From positions 47,306,001 through 47,370,000 of the forward strand of contig NC_043001.1 of the NCBI RefSeq assembly GCF_006345805.1: DNA of 64,000 bases, read 5' to 3'. The stretch's first letter is position 1. The number at the start of each line of letters is the position of its first letter. The notes beneath the pieces were generated by a model that worked only from the letters and a program-made list of their open reading frames with translations, ran no database searches and was not told where the DNA came from. Positions 1-12,592 of the stretch are shown one piece after another. The translations under genes were made by a program, and so were the position numbers. The DNA comes from Octopus sinensis (taxonomy: Eukaryota).

Positions 1-2361
1 GCAACTGGAAGGCACCTGGGCATGACAAGATCCCCAACTTCTGGTTGAAATATCTAACAGGAATGCACAAAAAGCTGGCTGAAAACTTTAACAAAGTACT
101 AGTAGAGCCAGAGACAATGCCTGAATGGCTCACGAAGGGGAAAACCATCTTAATTCCCAAATCAAATGAAACAGAAAAACCAGAAAACTACAGACCAATA
201 ACCTGCCTCCCTACTATGTTCAAGGCATTTACTGCAGTGATACCACAAAGGCTGAACAAGCACCTGGACGAAAACAAACTGTTCCCAGAAGAGCAGAAAG
301 GATGCCGCAAAGGCTCATATGGCTGCAAAGATCAACTAATGATTAATAAAGCCATAACTGAAGACAGCCACAGAAAGAAGAAAGGCCTCAGTATGGCCTG
401 GATTGACTACAAAAAGGCGTTTGATAGCATCCCCCACACATGGATCCTCGAAACACTAGCCATTAACAAAGTAGCACCAACAATCATAAAATTCATAGAG
501 CACTCTATGAATAAATGGCAAACAGTCCTACACCTCCAAACAAAAGAGGGACTCATGAAAACCAAAGACATCCCCATTAGAAGAGGAATATTCCAGGGAG
601 ACACGCTCTCTCCACTCCTTTTCTGCTTGGCACTGTCACCTCTATCTGATATGCTAAATAGAACTGGATGCGGATTTAAATGTTACGGCAAAACGATCAG
701 CCACCTTTTATATATGGATGACCTAAAACTATACGCTGCAAATTACAAACAGCTGGAAACACTATTAAAGACAGTTCATGGATTTACCAAAGAAATAGAT
801 ATGAAATTTGGATTAGAAAAATGCGCCAAAGTAACCCTGAAAAGAGGAAAACTAGTTAAGAGTAACAACATCACACTAGATAAAACCAATGAAATAAAAG
901 AATTAGACCAAAGCCAAACTTACAAATACTTAGGAATCCATGAACTAGATAAGACACACACACACAAATGAAAGAGAAAATAAAAAAAGAATATTATAGA
1001 CGAGTTAGATCAATACTAAAAACAGAGCTCAATGCTAAAAACAAGATAATAGGTATCAACACTTTAGCTGTCCCAGTTATAAGTTACAGCTACAATATCC
1101 TTAACTGGACACGAAATGAACTGACCAAAATAGATAGGAAAACAAGAAAAATAATGACAGGATCTAGGATGCATCACCCAAAATCTGACATAGAAAGACT
1201 ATATATACAACGTATAGAAGGTGGTAGAGGCCTTATACAGCTGGAAAACTACTATAAAATAACCACCATAGGACTGCAAAAATATCTACTTCAGAAGGAA
1301 GGAAAACTGATCCAGATAGCGGCAAAACACGAGCAAAACAAAAAACTGTTCTCAGTATTTAAGGAAGCTGACAAATACAAACAAGAAATCATACCACCTA
1401 ATAAACATGAAGAAGAAGAAGAAGAAGATGAAGAAACAACAAAAGCTATAAAACAAATGAAATCCAAACTAAAAATAGAACAGCAACGAACCATGATAAA
1501 ACGATGGCAAGAAAAGCCCCTTCATGGTAAATACTGGACTAAACTAAACGCAAAAGAAATAGACAAAGAAAAATCCCAGCAATGGTTGAGAAGCTCAGGA
1601 CTCAAAGCAGAAACAGAGGGATTTTTAATTGCAGCACAAGACCAAAGCCTCCCCACCAGAAATTACCAAAAACATGTAATGAAAAGAAATATTACAAGTA
1701 ACTGCAGAATATGTGGAGATGGACAAGAAACAATAAATCATATTATCTCTAGCTGCCCAGTCTTGGCTAAGAAGGAATATATTCACAGACATGACAGAGT
1801 TGGAACCTACATACATTGGAAGCTATGCCAACATTATGGAATAACAACAGAAAAAGATGGTATAGGCACACACCAGAAAAGGTCACAGAAAACGAGAAAG
1901 CAACCATACTCTGGGATATGCCGATACACACAGATAGAGAAATTAAGGCCAACAGACCAGATATAGTTGTCAGAGATCATGAAGAAAAAAATGCTTTCTA
2001 ATTGATGTATCAATACCGGCTGATGACAACGTGTCTCTAAAAGAAATGGAGAAACTCTCAAAATACAAAGACCTGGAAATAGAGGTAACTAGAATGTGGA
2101 ATCTGAAAACAGAAACAATTCCTATCATAGTATTAGGCATGATAAAAAAATATTCAGACAAATACATAACAAAAACACCAGGACTTACAAACACATATAA
2201 CATACAGAAAATTGCACTACTAGGCACTGCATACATCCTACGCAGAACACTTTCCATACAATAACCATCAGAGCATCACAACAAATCACAGCACATACCC
2301 AAGGCACACAGAGCTGTGCTCGGTAGTGAAGTGAAAGCACGCTATAAAAATAAAACTACTG
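1..2361 (+). mobile_element. R4/Dong-clade non-LTR retrotransposon (RT + CCHC knuckle + restriction-like endonuclease), 3' part; runs off the left edge; three frameshifts
   Basis: ORFs 45-971, 968-1966, 1816-2001 and 2031-2264 join into one polyprotein: YRPITCL, WIDYKKAFDS, GIFQGDTLSPLLF, LLYMDDLKLY, YKYLG (RT); CRICG..ETINHIISSC (CCHC); RHD, RPDIVV, LIDV, EKLSKYKDL (PD-(D/E)xK RLE). Stop at 2264, ~100-nt 3' UTR, then (AAT)n 2362-2386. Confidence 0.9.
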
Positions 2362-2989
2362 AATAATAATAATAATAATAATAATAAAAGCAATTACAAT
2401 CTTAAGAAAATCCCACCAATTTTGCAGTATAAGAATTACAATTCAGTAGTTTTAAATATTTGGAAACAATCCTCATGTCAGATGTGAAAAACATTAAAGA
2501 AACTATGTCAAGGACAGGACAGATCAAGACACAATTGGTGAGATATAATAGATATTGTCAAATAAACAGCTGTGAATAAGAGTGAGGAAAAGAGTCCAAT
2601 GGGCAATCATGGAACCGCTCCTTACATGTAAAGAAACACACATCTGTGTGTGTGTGTATATATATATCTGTGTGTATGTATAAAATGACTTCATCTATAT
2701 AAATCAATGAGAATCGAGGGAAATGAAATGCTCATTCAGAAATCGAACACCTCTTTCTTTATACTTACGAAAAAATTTTTGTGTCCCCTGACGTGACTTA
2801 TAAAATTTCAAGAAAACAAGAAGTCAATTGTGTAGTATTAGCTTATAAACGGAGTACAATAGCCGAGTTAAAGTATCAAACTCTTTCCTGCTATCATTCG
2901 CCTTGAAAAGTGATAAAGGGAAAGAAATGCAAGAAATGGGACACATGTAAAACCTACTCATTAACTCTGAGAAGAATGTCCCTTTACCG

Positions 2990-4302
2990 TCTGTACTACA
3001 TGGATCTGTACTACAATTGTGTGTATATATAGGATTTTTCTACTATCTTAATTACAAGATCTTTCTACTATCTGAATTACAAGTAGAAAAATTAAACTTA
3101 GAAAGGGATTTATATTGAGATGATTTATCATTAATAATTAAAATCTGTACTAGAAACATATAAAAAGAAATTATATAGCTTCTTTAAAAGATACGGATTA
3201 GATACTAAGATATATAAAGAAAATTATGTTAACTTTCTAGACGCGAATTTTAATATTTTAACAGGGATAACACAACCGTTCCACAAAACGAATGAAAATT
3301 TGAAATATATCAACGCAGACAGTAATCACCCCCTTCCATTAAAAAAACACTGATAGCCAATATAGGAAAACGTATTTCAATGCTTTCATCGAATTATGAT
3401 AGCTTCCTTAAACATACAACCTATTATAATGATGCATTAACTAAGGCGGGATATAAAGACGGGATTAGATTTTACAGTAATAATATAAACTGTAAAAATG
3501 GTATAAAAGATAATAACGCTAAAGACCCTAATATCACCCATATAGATAAAAATAAAAACTTAAATAAATTTATAAATAAAAATAAGAACAAAATAAGAAT
3601 AATAAAGATAATAACTCTAATAGAGAAAACTATCGAAATATTATCGAGCACAGGGAGCATACAATAAACTCAAAGAATAAAAAGAATAAAAACATAAATA
3701 AATACAAAGAAATATATAAGACGAAATGGTAGCTTTAACTCAGATCAACCTATAAATAATAATGGTAATAATGACTATAAAGTTAACAAATACATGAGAG
3801 CAAGTAACATAAACATAAATAATAATAATAATATAATAATAATAATAATAATAATATTATAGGCGCAGGAGTGGCTGTGTGGTAAGTAGCTTGCTAACCA
3901 ACCACATGGTTCCGGGTTCAGTCCCACTGCGTGGCATCTTGGGCAAGTGTCTTCTGCTATAGCCCCGGGCCGACCAATGCCTTGTGAGTGGATTTGGTAG
4001 ACGGAAACTGAAAGAAGCCTGTCGTATATGTATATATATATGTGTATGTGTATGTGTTTGTGTGTCTGTGTTTGCCCCCCCCTAGCATTGCTTGACAACC
4101 GATGCTGGTGTGTTTACGTCTCTGTCACTTAGCGGTTCGGCAAAAGAGACCGATAGAATAAGTACTGGGCTTACAAAGAATAAGTTCCGGGGTCGATTTC
4201 CTCGACTAAAAAGGCGGTGCTCCAGCATGGCCGCAGTCAAATGACTGAAACAAGTAAAAGAGTAAAAAGAGTAAAGAGAATATTAATAATAATAATAATA
4301 AC

Positions 4303-4336
<34 letters not shown>

Positions 4337-5130
4337 TAATAATAATAATAATAATATAATAATGATAATAATAATAATAAAAAAAATCTAGTTAATCGTT
4401 CCTTATGGTTCCCAGGTTAAAAATAATATTATAAATGAAATTATTAAAATAATAGAAGTATTTACTATCGAAAATAAAAAAAAATATAGTATTATTTTTT
4501 CTAAAAATAACATAGGAGTAGGATCCTCAACTACTAGCAATGTAGGTAATATTATATCACCATTAAATAAATATAGGCTGAATAAATTTTATTTCAATAA
4601 AATAAATAATAATCCCAATAATAATGGAAATAACTCAATTAGTTGTAATTGTAGGGACAATAATAATTGTAAAATTTAATCATAAATGTAACTTAAAGGA
4701 CGTAGTATATAAATGTGTGGTGCCTTTAAACGAAGATAATAATAGCCAAAGAGAAGATAATGATAATAATAGTAATGGAAATAATGGTGAAAATTCATAT
4801 ATGACATATATTGGTTCTACATCTAATAAAAGTAAATAAAGGATAGCGCAGCATTTGTATTCCTTTAAAAATTAAAAAATTAATTCGACAGGCTTAAGTA
4901 AATATATTTGGAGTTTAAAATCCAAAGAAATTAACTACAAACTAAAATAGGAGATAATATGTAAAGCCAAATCATATAGAATAGGGAATAAGTTCTGTCT
5001 GTTGTGTACTCACGAATTCATGGAAATCTTAAAGGCCAAAACCATATTGCTCAATGTTCAAGATGAACGAAAAATTAATTGCAAACATAGGATAAGTTGT
5101 TTAACTAATAAGATGAACTAAGATTAGATT
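2990..5130 (+). mobile_element. Decayed Penelope-like element (RT core/thumb + GIY-YIG endonuclease), interrupted by a SINE and (TAA)n
   Basis: Manual translation: DLY*DD (RT YxDD, ~3110), NYVNFLD and YINADSNHP..KRISMLSS..YYNDALTKAGY (thumb, 3220-3450), CNLKDVVYKC..YIGSTS (GIY-YIG-like, 4687-4830), LSKYIWSLK..CLLCTHE..NCKH (4890-5090). Multiple stops and frameshifts. Confidence 0.75.
3862..4278 (+). mobile_element. tRNA-derived SINE, family A (GGCGCAGGAGTGGCTGTGTGG head, internal microsatellite, GAGTAAAA-repeat tail), full length
   Basis: A-box-like TGGCTGTGTGG, B-box-like GGTTCAGTCC; homologous to copies at 14827, 33468, 33761 and 61706; flanked by (AAT)n on both sides. Confidence 0.85.
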
Positions 5131-6467
5131 CTTTGGTATATAAACTAAACCTTATTTTAAAAGTATGAAAACTCAGTCACGTTTTTTAAAGATAATGTTA
5201 TAATGATAATTATAATTATATACTACCCGTTATTACTAGAAAGTAGCACTTAGTCATACAAAAATATATAATATTAATTGGTTAATTTATGATACTTTGG
5301 ATTTTTAATTTAATTGTTAGGCGTACGGTACACAATTGTAATTGAAATTTTTAAACTTAAATTTTGAAATTTAGTTTCAATGTTACGTCGAATATTTAAC
5401 AATAATAATATAAATAATAGATTTTAAATCATATAAAACGTAATCCTTTTGTATCCCCAAATATTCGAATTGAGAGTCTAAAGAAGTAACTTACTAGGTT
5501 GGTTACTTGCGATAATACATAGACTGAATAACTTAAAAAAAAACGATAAAAGTGGCTTGTTCCCGTGATGTGTTCATTTCCAGTTCCTCTGACAGTACTA
5601 TATAAAGGAATAGATACACCAATAGGACTTCCTGACATTTATTTGTAATACCTCCTATACATAGATATTATCAAACGCGGATTTTACCTTATTTGCAAGA
5701 TGTAGCTTTGTCAAATTTTTCACCGAGGAAAGAAAAGATAAGTTAACATTCGTTTTATTTTCGTCTATTTTTATTTCATTATTATTTCATTTTTATTTCG
5801 TATTTGTTTATTCGCAATTCTTTATTCGTTATTCGGAACCTTTATTCGTAATTTTTACTCTTATTTTTCTCTCTTAAAAATTTTTCCTTAAATGTTTTTG
5901 TTTTTTTTCATTAAATGTTTATTCCTTGAGTTTTTATTTCTTAAATTTTTATTTTATTTTTTATTCTTTAAATTTTTGCTCCTTAAATTTTAATATTCAG
6001 TTATTATTTTAATTTATTATTGTATTTCTATTCATTTGTACATGGTAAGATTATATTGAAGGTATAGAGTATCATAGAAGTATATAAGATATAGGGGTAG
6101 TGAAAAATGTTGAAGAATACAGACCTGAAGATTGAGAGTATGTCGACCCAAGTAAGTATTGAAACTAGATACCGCGTATCTAATCAATACCGATATACTT
6201 ACATGAAACACGTGTAGTCTTATAAATGGAAAATACGGATTCAGAATAGAAATAGTTAGTATAAGATTTAATTTTTAACATTTTATGGAGTGATCGAGTA
6301 TAAAACCTTTCAGTGTTGATTGAGTTGAAGGTGGTTCTATCTCTAAAATGACTTTTATATGTAAAAATTAAACATTGAGAGATGTTCATTTTAGTACATC
6401 TAATTTGAATGTCTTTTTCCTGTGTACTTGGAACTAATATTCTCTACTAATAATTATAATAATAATA

Positions 6468-6618
<151 letters not shown>

Positions 6619-6619
6619 A

Positions 6620-6850
6620 GCACGCACATCTTTGTGTCTGTGTTTGTCCGCCACCACTGCTTGACAACGGTATTCGAGTGTTTATGTCTCCGTAACATAG
6701 CAGTTCCGCAAAAGAGACCAATAGAATAAGTACTAGGCTTAAAAAACAATCGTAGGGTCGATTTATTCGATTAAAACCCTTCAAGGCAGTGCCCCAGCAT
6801 GGCCGCAGTCAAATGACTGAAACAAATAAAACATGAAAGACAAAAAAGAT
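6620..6850 (+). mobile_element. SINE family A, 3' half
   Basis: CCAGCATGGCCGCAGTCAAATGACTGAAACAA shared with 4221-4255. Confidence 0.75.
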
Positions 6851-7410
6851 ATTTAAAAAACAAATCTTTTTGAACAGCAGAATGGCAGGAAACTTTTGGA
6901 ATGAAATTTTCATATAGTGTGTGTGTGTGTGCGTGCGTGTGTATGTGTGCGTGCGTGCGTGTGTGTATTACTTGTTCATACGCCGACACGTTTATATACA
7001 CCCTTACACACATATATAAATTCACTGTACCTTATGCAGGCAGTTAGTCATTTTATTGCATAGAAATACATACTTTGCAACTGTTAAGGATTTTGTTCCA
7101 ATGAAGCCTGAGTCTATTTTTAGATCTGCAGGTCATAATGTTCCCGAAAAACTAAACAGAAGAACCAAAATTGCTCTTTTCCCTCTTTTTCTTCTCATTC
7201 TTCTTATTTTTGTTTTCAACTCTCTTTATCCTTCTTGGCTCCTTTTCCCTTCACGTTCATGTTTCTTTCTTATGTTTTCTCTCATTTTTCATATTAGTTT
7301 CTTTTCCTTTTATCTAATACGTCATCTACATTGAACATGTATGACACATGTTTCAATGGTTTCTAATTACTTCTTTAGTTGTTTTCCTTTACACTCATTT
7401 ACTTCCATAG

Positions 7411-7500
7411 CGCTTAGTCAGAGGAAGAAGAGCCTCCGAATCTGATAGAAGTGAGACTACCATCGAAAGCTTACAACAGAGTGGACTCCGCTACAGACAC
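7411..7500 (+). other. Candidate internal coding exon (90 nt, phase 0-0) of an unidentified gene
   Basis: Pyrimidine tract ..TTACTTCCATAG| and |GTAAGC donor; open only in phase 0 (RLVRGRRASESDRSETTIESLQQSGLRYRH). No homology recognised. Confidence 0.35.
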
Positions 7501-8188
7501 GTAAGCTCCAGATGGTAGAGTTAAACCGAGGAATAATTAAGTTTAATGTGTGAGTGTGCACATTTTGTTTTTTAAATGGTTTTATTTTAGGATCAGTATT
7601 CGTCAGAAAGAAAATGAGAAAACAATTGTAAAGCCTCAAAATGAAAAATAAAACCTTATACCATCCTGAGGCAGTACCAGGCAGTGACTCTCATGGCTTC
7701 TGATCTTAACTGATTGGAAGTGTTATCATGTACATTGTTTTGTCTTGGTATAAATGATGGGCTACGGCAAATATTCTGCTCAATACCACATATTTGCTTG
7801 TCAGTTGCTTGACCTTAATCAGTTGAGCATGTCCCTTAGTGGCTGACGATATGTAGTAGGGGAGCATCATAGCCATGCGTTGAGAGGAATTCTTTGGGGT
7901 TTGGGTAATTTACCTCTAGAAACATGGGTATTTCGTTCAACATCCTTAAACAACCCTTATTCAGAGACCTTTTGAGCGGGATGAGCTACTCGACCCGAAG
8001 AAAATTCTAACTGGGGTTCACCTGCAAGGCCATGCGCTGTTAATCTTGATATGAAATCCCCATGTCGCACACATGGTTGTGATGCATGTACTTGGTACGC
8101 CCTTATCAAATTGGTAGTCATGATGGATATACTGGGTTTCGTATATTTTACCCCAGTGTCACTTTGATGGCATGCACTTCTCTCACTC

Positions 8189-8241
<53 letters not shown>

Positions 8242-8253
8242 CAACAACAACAA

Positions 8254-9083
8254 TAGGTAAGTAAAGAAAAGAATGCATGGTCAATTTCATAGGGATGTTG
8301 AAGATAAGACAGGCAGAGAAAAAAGATGGCTGTGGATGACTAAAAGTGATTTAAAACTGGAAACGGAGGCTCTAATCTGTGCTGCCCAAGAGCAAGCACT
8401 AAGAACGAACTACATACAATACAGAATAGACACACAACAGAAAGAGTGATAAGTGCAGAATCTGCGGACAAAATGGTGAAACCGTATGGCATATTACCAG
8501 CCAATGTACGTCACTAGCCTAGAAGGAATGTAAGAGACGCCACGACAATATAGCCTGGCTTGTCCATTGGACACTTTGCAACTAGTATGGACTTGGCAGA
8601 GCAAAAAATTGGTACGACTACAAACTCGAAGACATCATCGAAAATAAAAATGCAAAGATCCTATGGAATTTTATGGTTCAGTGCAACCATGAGATAGAGA
8701 ACAGGAAGTCAAACATAGTCTTAATTGAGAAAGAAAACAAACGATGCTGGATCATAGATATAGCATGCCCAGCTGACAAGGTATGCGATAAGGAAGAAAG
8801 AAAAGTCGAGAGATATGACAGGTTAGCTTGGAAAGTTAAGTAGTTGTGGTCGATGCAAAAGGTAACAGTAGTACCAATAATTGTCGAAGCCCTAGGAACA
8901 GTGAGCAAAACTGTCGAGAAGTACGTGGAACAAATAGGGGCTGAAATGAGGGTGGAGCACTTGCAGAAAACAACACTGCTTGGAACCGCTGGAATATTCC
9001 GGAAGGTGCTCGAAAAGTAAGAGGTGTTACCTTAGTTCAGTGACACCGTAGTAGATCTCCAGCGTTAGAAGCTGTGCAAAGGC
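8254..9083 (+). mobile_element. 5'-truncated R4/Dong-clade LINE, second subfamily (CCHC + RLE), degenerate
   Basis: RMHGQFHR, LKLETEALICAAQEQALRTNY, CRICGQNGETVWHITSQC, RRHDNIA, KILWNF, CWIIDIACP, VVPIIVEALG; stop 9018-9020; (AAT)n(AAC)n 8189-8252 upstream and (AAT)n 9084-9190 downstream. Confidence 0.85.
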
Positions 9084-9191
<108 letters not shown>

Positions 9192-9938
9192 TGTTTCTAA
9201 GACTGCTACCCTCAGAAAACTTCTCTCGACTTTATCGTTTATACACACTATCTCTTTTATATGTGTGTGTGTATGTATGTATGTATGTATGTATGTATGT
9301 ATGTATGTACACATATATTCATATATATTATATAAATATATATAGACACATACAAAAACACATATATAACAAGAATAAGAATGGCGGAAACCACTTCTTT
9401 AATTAGTGATTACATCATACATCACCGATGATTGTTTCACTTACGCCATCATATGCAGAGAAGAGGTATAAAATATCAATCAAATTAATATGTCCGAAAA
9501 TACATGCTAACACAACGCAATCCAAAGAAAATATTTCTAATAGATGAACGCATACGAAAAGAACGTTAGGAAGAAATATAATAATCTAAGAAAAGCCAGT
9601 TTAGTATTTAACTTTTGATGACGTCAGTAGATAACGAAAGAATGAAAAATAAACATAGGAATTTTTCGTCACGATAATTAGAAACGCAGAAATTTGGATA
9701 TACTTGTCAGACATGAAGAATTAGCTTGGATGTTAATTCTTTTGGTATCTAATTGTTTGATATAATCAATCAAGTTCGTTTAACACCGAGAGCTTTATAG
9801 ATATCTGCCTGGATTTGTTAATCTGCTTTATACACACACACACACACACACGCACACACACACACACACACACATACACACACACACACACACCACACAC
9901 ACACACACACATATATATAATAATAATAATAATAATAA

Positions 9939-9982
<44 letters not shown>

Positions 9983-10000
9983 TGATAATAATAATAATAA

Positions 10001-10247
10001 ATGCGCTCTTTTAAAGCCTAGCCAGGCTCATGGGCGCGGTTTCCCGGTTTCTATGGCGTATGTGTTCCCCAGCTGGACGAGACGCCAGTCCATTGCAGCG
10101 TTACTCATTTTTGCTAGCTGAGTGGACTGGAGCAACGTGAAATGAAGTGTTTTGCTCAAGAACATAACGCGTCGCCCGGTCCAGGAATCGAAACCACAAT
10201 CCTACGATCATGATGCTGACACCCTAACCACTAAGTCACGCGCCTCC
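10001..10247 (-). mobile_element. tRNA-derived SINE, family C (GGAGGCGCGTGGCTTAGTGG head, (TTA)n tail)
   Basis: A box TGACTTAGTGG, B box GGTTTCGATTCC on the minus strand; near-identical inverted copy at 11561-11799. Confidence 0.85.
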
Positions 10248-10268
10248 ACACACACACACACACACACA

Positions 10269-10306
<38 letters not shown>

Positions 10307-10434
10307 GATATATTTATATCTGTGTGTGTGTGAGTAGAATAAACAAAAGTGCAACATAGAACTTTGGATGTATGTCGTGCCTGATATGTTATTTTACACA
10401 AAGTAACAAATATATATACCTATATATACATGCA

Positions 10435-10501
<67 letters not shown>

Positions 10502-11228
10502 GTGTGTGTGCACGCGTATGTATGTGCCTGCGTGCGTGTTATATATAGCATACCAATCTTGAATTTGGGAGCTGCAATTTAATCCTTTTTTAATGTTGAA
10601 ATCTTTACTTGTTATAAAGATCTTTGTTTATCTTTCGACAGAAGTTAAGTAGTTTTCCCTTAGAGGTTTATTATTTTACTATCTTAATGTTAACCGTTGA
10701 CATTACTTTAAACTGGAGCTTAGGCGCAGCAGAATCGGTAGTGTCAGCTACTCCTTTACGATCTCAAGTAGGTCGAAGTTTGTTTCTTTTACATGCGATA
10801 TACTGTTATCGATCCAGTCGGTTATCCCCCTTCCATCCACAAACTAGAGTTGTAGACAATATTGTTACTTGTTAAACCTTGGTTTGAAGTCCTTGTGACT
10901 TAATGGTTATGCTATTGGCCTCACTACCATTAGGTCGAGTATACGATTCTTGGTTAGGACGGCACGTTGTGTCCTTGCGCACAGTGTTTGATTTCAATCT
11001 ATTGCAGTCTGCTCAATTGAAATGAGTAAAAAACGACCGCGGTAACTATTATATTTATTCAGTTTTGTCTCTCATTGTTTTGAATTCATACCTTGTTGAT
11101 ATCAACATTGTCTTTCAATTTCTTACTGCGTAGATAATAAAATACGTACCAGTTTTGTTATAGGCATTGATTCGTTAACAATAAACCCACGTATGTTCAA
11201 TTGTCAATGTTAATATCAAACATTGCCA

Positions 11229-11447
11229 AGGTGGCGAGCTGGCAAAATCGTTAGCACGCCGAGCAAAATGCTGCTAAGCATTTCATCCGTCTTTACGTTC
11301 AGAGTTCAAATTCTGCCGAGGTGGTCTTTGCCTTTCATCCTTTCAGGGTCGATAGAATAAGTGCGACTTGAGTACTGTGGTCGATGCAGTCGACTTAATC
11401 CGCCACGAAAGTTGTTGACCTTGTGTCAAATTTGAAACCAATATTAA
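11229..11447 (+). mobile_element. SINE family B (GGCGGCGAGCTGGCAGAA head)
   Basis: Homologous to 51001-51218, 54727-54951 and 60213-60443 (GAGTTCAAATTCYGCCGAGG..CTTTGCCTTTCATCCTTT). Confidence 0.8.
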
Positions 11448-11500
11448 ACTTTTCTGAATTAGTCTTACTCACACACACACACAGATATAAATATATCTAG

Positions 11501-11553
<53 letters not shown>

Positions 11554-11560
11554 TGTGTGT

Positions 11561-11799
11561 GGAGGCGCGTGGCTTAGTGGTTAGGGTGTCAGCATCATGA
11601 TCGTAGGATTGTGGTTTCGATTCCTGGACCGGGCGACGCGTTATGTTCTTGAGCAAAACACTTCATTTCACGTTGCTCCTGTCCACTCAGCTAGCAAAAA
11701 TGAGTAACGCTGCAATGGACTGGCGTCTCGTCCAACTGGGGAACACATACGCCACAGAAACCGGGAAACCGCGCCCATGAGCCTGGCTAGGCTTTAAAA
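11561..11799 (+). mobile_element. SINE family C, tail-less copy
   Basis: 4 differences counted by eye versus the reverse complement of 10008-10247. Confidence 0.85.
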
Positions 11800-11828
11800 G
11801 AATTAGTCTTTTCTGAATTAGTCTGCGT

Positions 11829-11910
11829 TTTGTCTGATGAAGGACTAAGCCTGAAACGTTAGATTATCCACTCCATTCTCTTTCTCTCGCTTTGGAACGT
11901 ACGAGACAGA
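11829..11910 (+). ncRNA. Hammerhead-ribozyme-like motif (type I), stem I degenerate
   Basis: CTGATGA (11834-11840) - AGG actaag CCT - GAAA CGTT..AACG TA; stem I pairing poor. Confidence 0.4.
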
Positions 11911-12592
11911 GACATATCTAAAATATGCTATGTACACAAAAGCGCGGTTATCCAGAGATATAGCAAGAGAAAGGCGACGGAGAGAAAGTCGTCATGGGCG
12001 CCGGGGCAAAAGAGCCGCAACATTTCTTCTGGCTTGTCATGTCTGTTAGTTAAAGTGATGGTATTTGTCATTTCCTCCGAGTTCTCTGAATCCTTACTAT
12101 GCTACTCGGTAAACCAATAAGGAGTTCATATCATCTATGCTGTATTGTGTTGAACCTGTTACGAAAATACTTAAATTGCAAATGACCTATGATTACATAG
12201 CTGTCGTAAGATCAACGTGGCGCTGGCCTATTGACATTGCGAATGTTCACATAACAGTAGTAGGGGCAACATGGAGTATGAGACGTTTTGTTACAGCTGT
12301 TTCGGCACTGCTTATTTGGTGTCGCTGATTCGATGCTGACTGCTTTGACAATAGGCGTTTTAACATTTCTCTCATTTTAATGCTTTTCTTGTTCTCTTCC
12401 CCACTTCCACTCTCTCACTTTATGTGTGTAAGTATTTTTCTCTGTGTATAAGGATATGGAAATTGTAATGGCTCGCCCTCCTCCTTCTCTCTCAAATTCT
12501 TTCTGTGTGTATATGTATATTTCTGCGTGCGCATGCTTGTTTTTGCTTCCATCACCGAAAGTACTGTAAACAAAAACAGACTAATTTTCCAG

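Noticed and set aside
6120-6190. CTGAAGA..GAAA-CTAGATAC-cgc-GTATCTA-ATC hammerhead-like string
   Set aside because: Stem I cannot form, base pair 15.2-16.2 is mismatched and stem II is unclear.
9612-9645. TTGATGA..GAAA
   Set aside because: No stem I or stem III; chance match.
11925-12050. Basic peptide RERRRRESRHGRRGKRAATFLL resembling a GPCR loop-TM6 junction
   Set aside because: The frame is short, is closed by a stop, and has no convincing splice sites or other TM segments.
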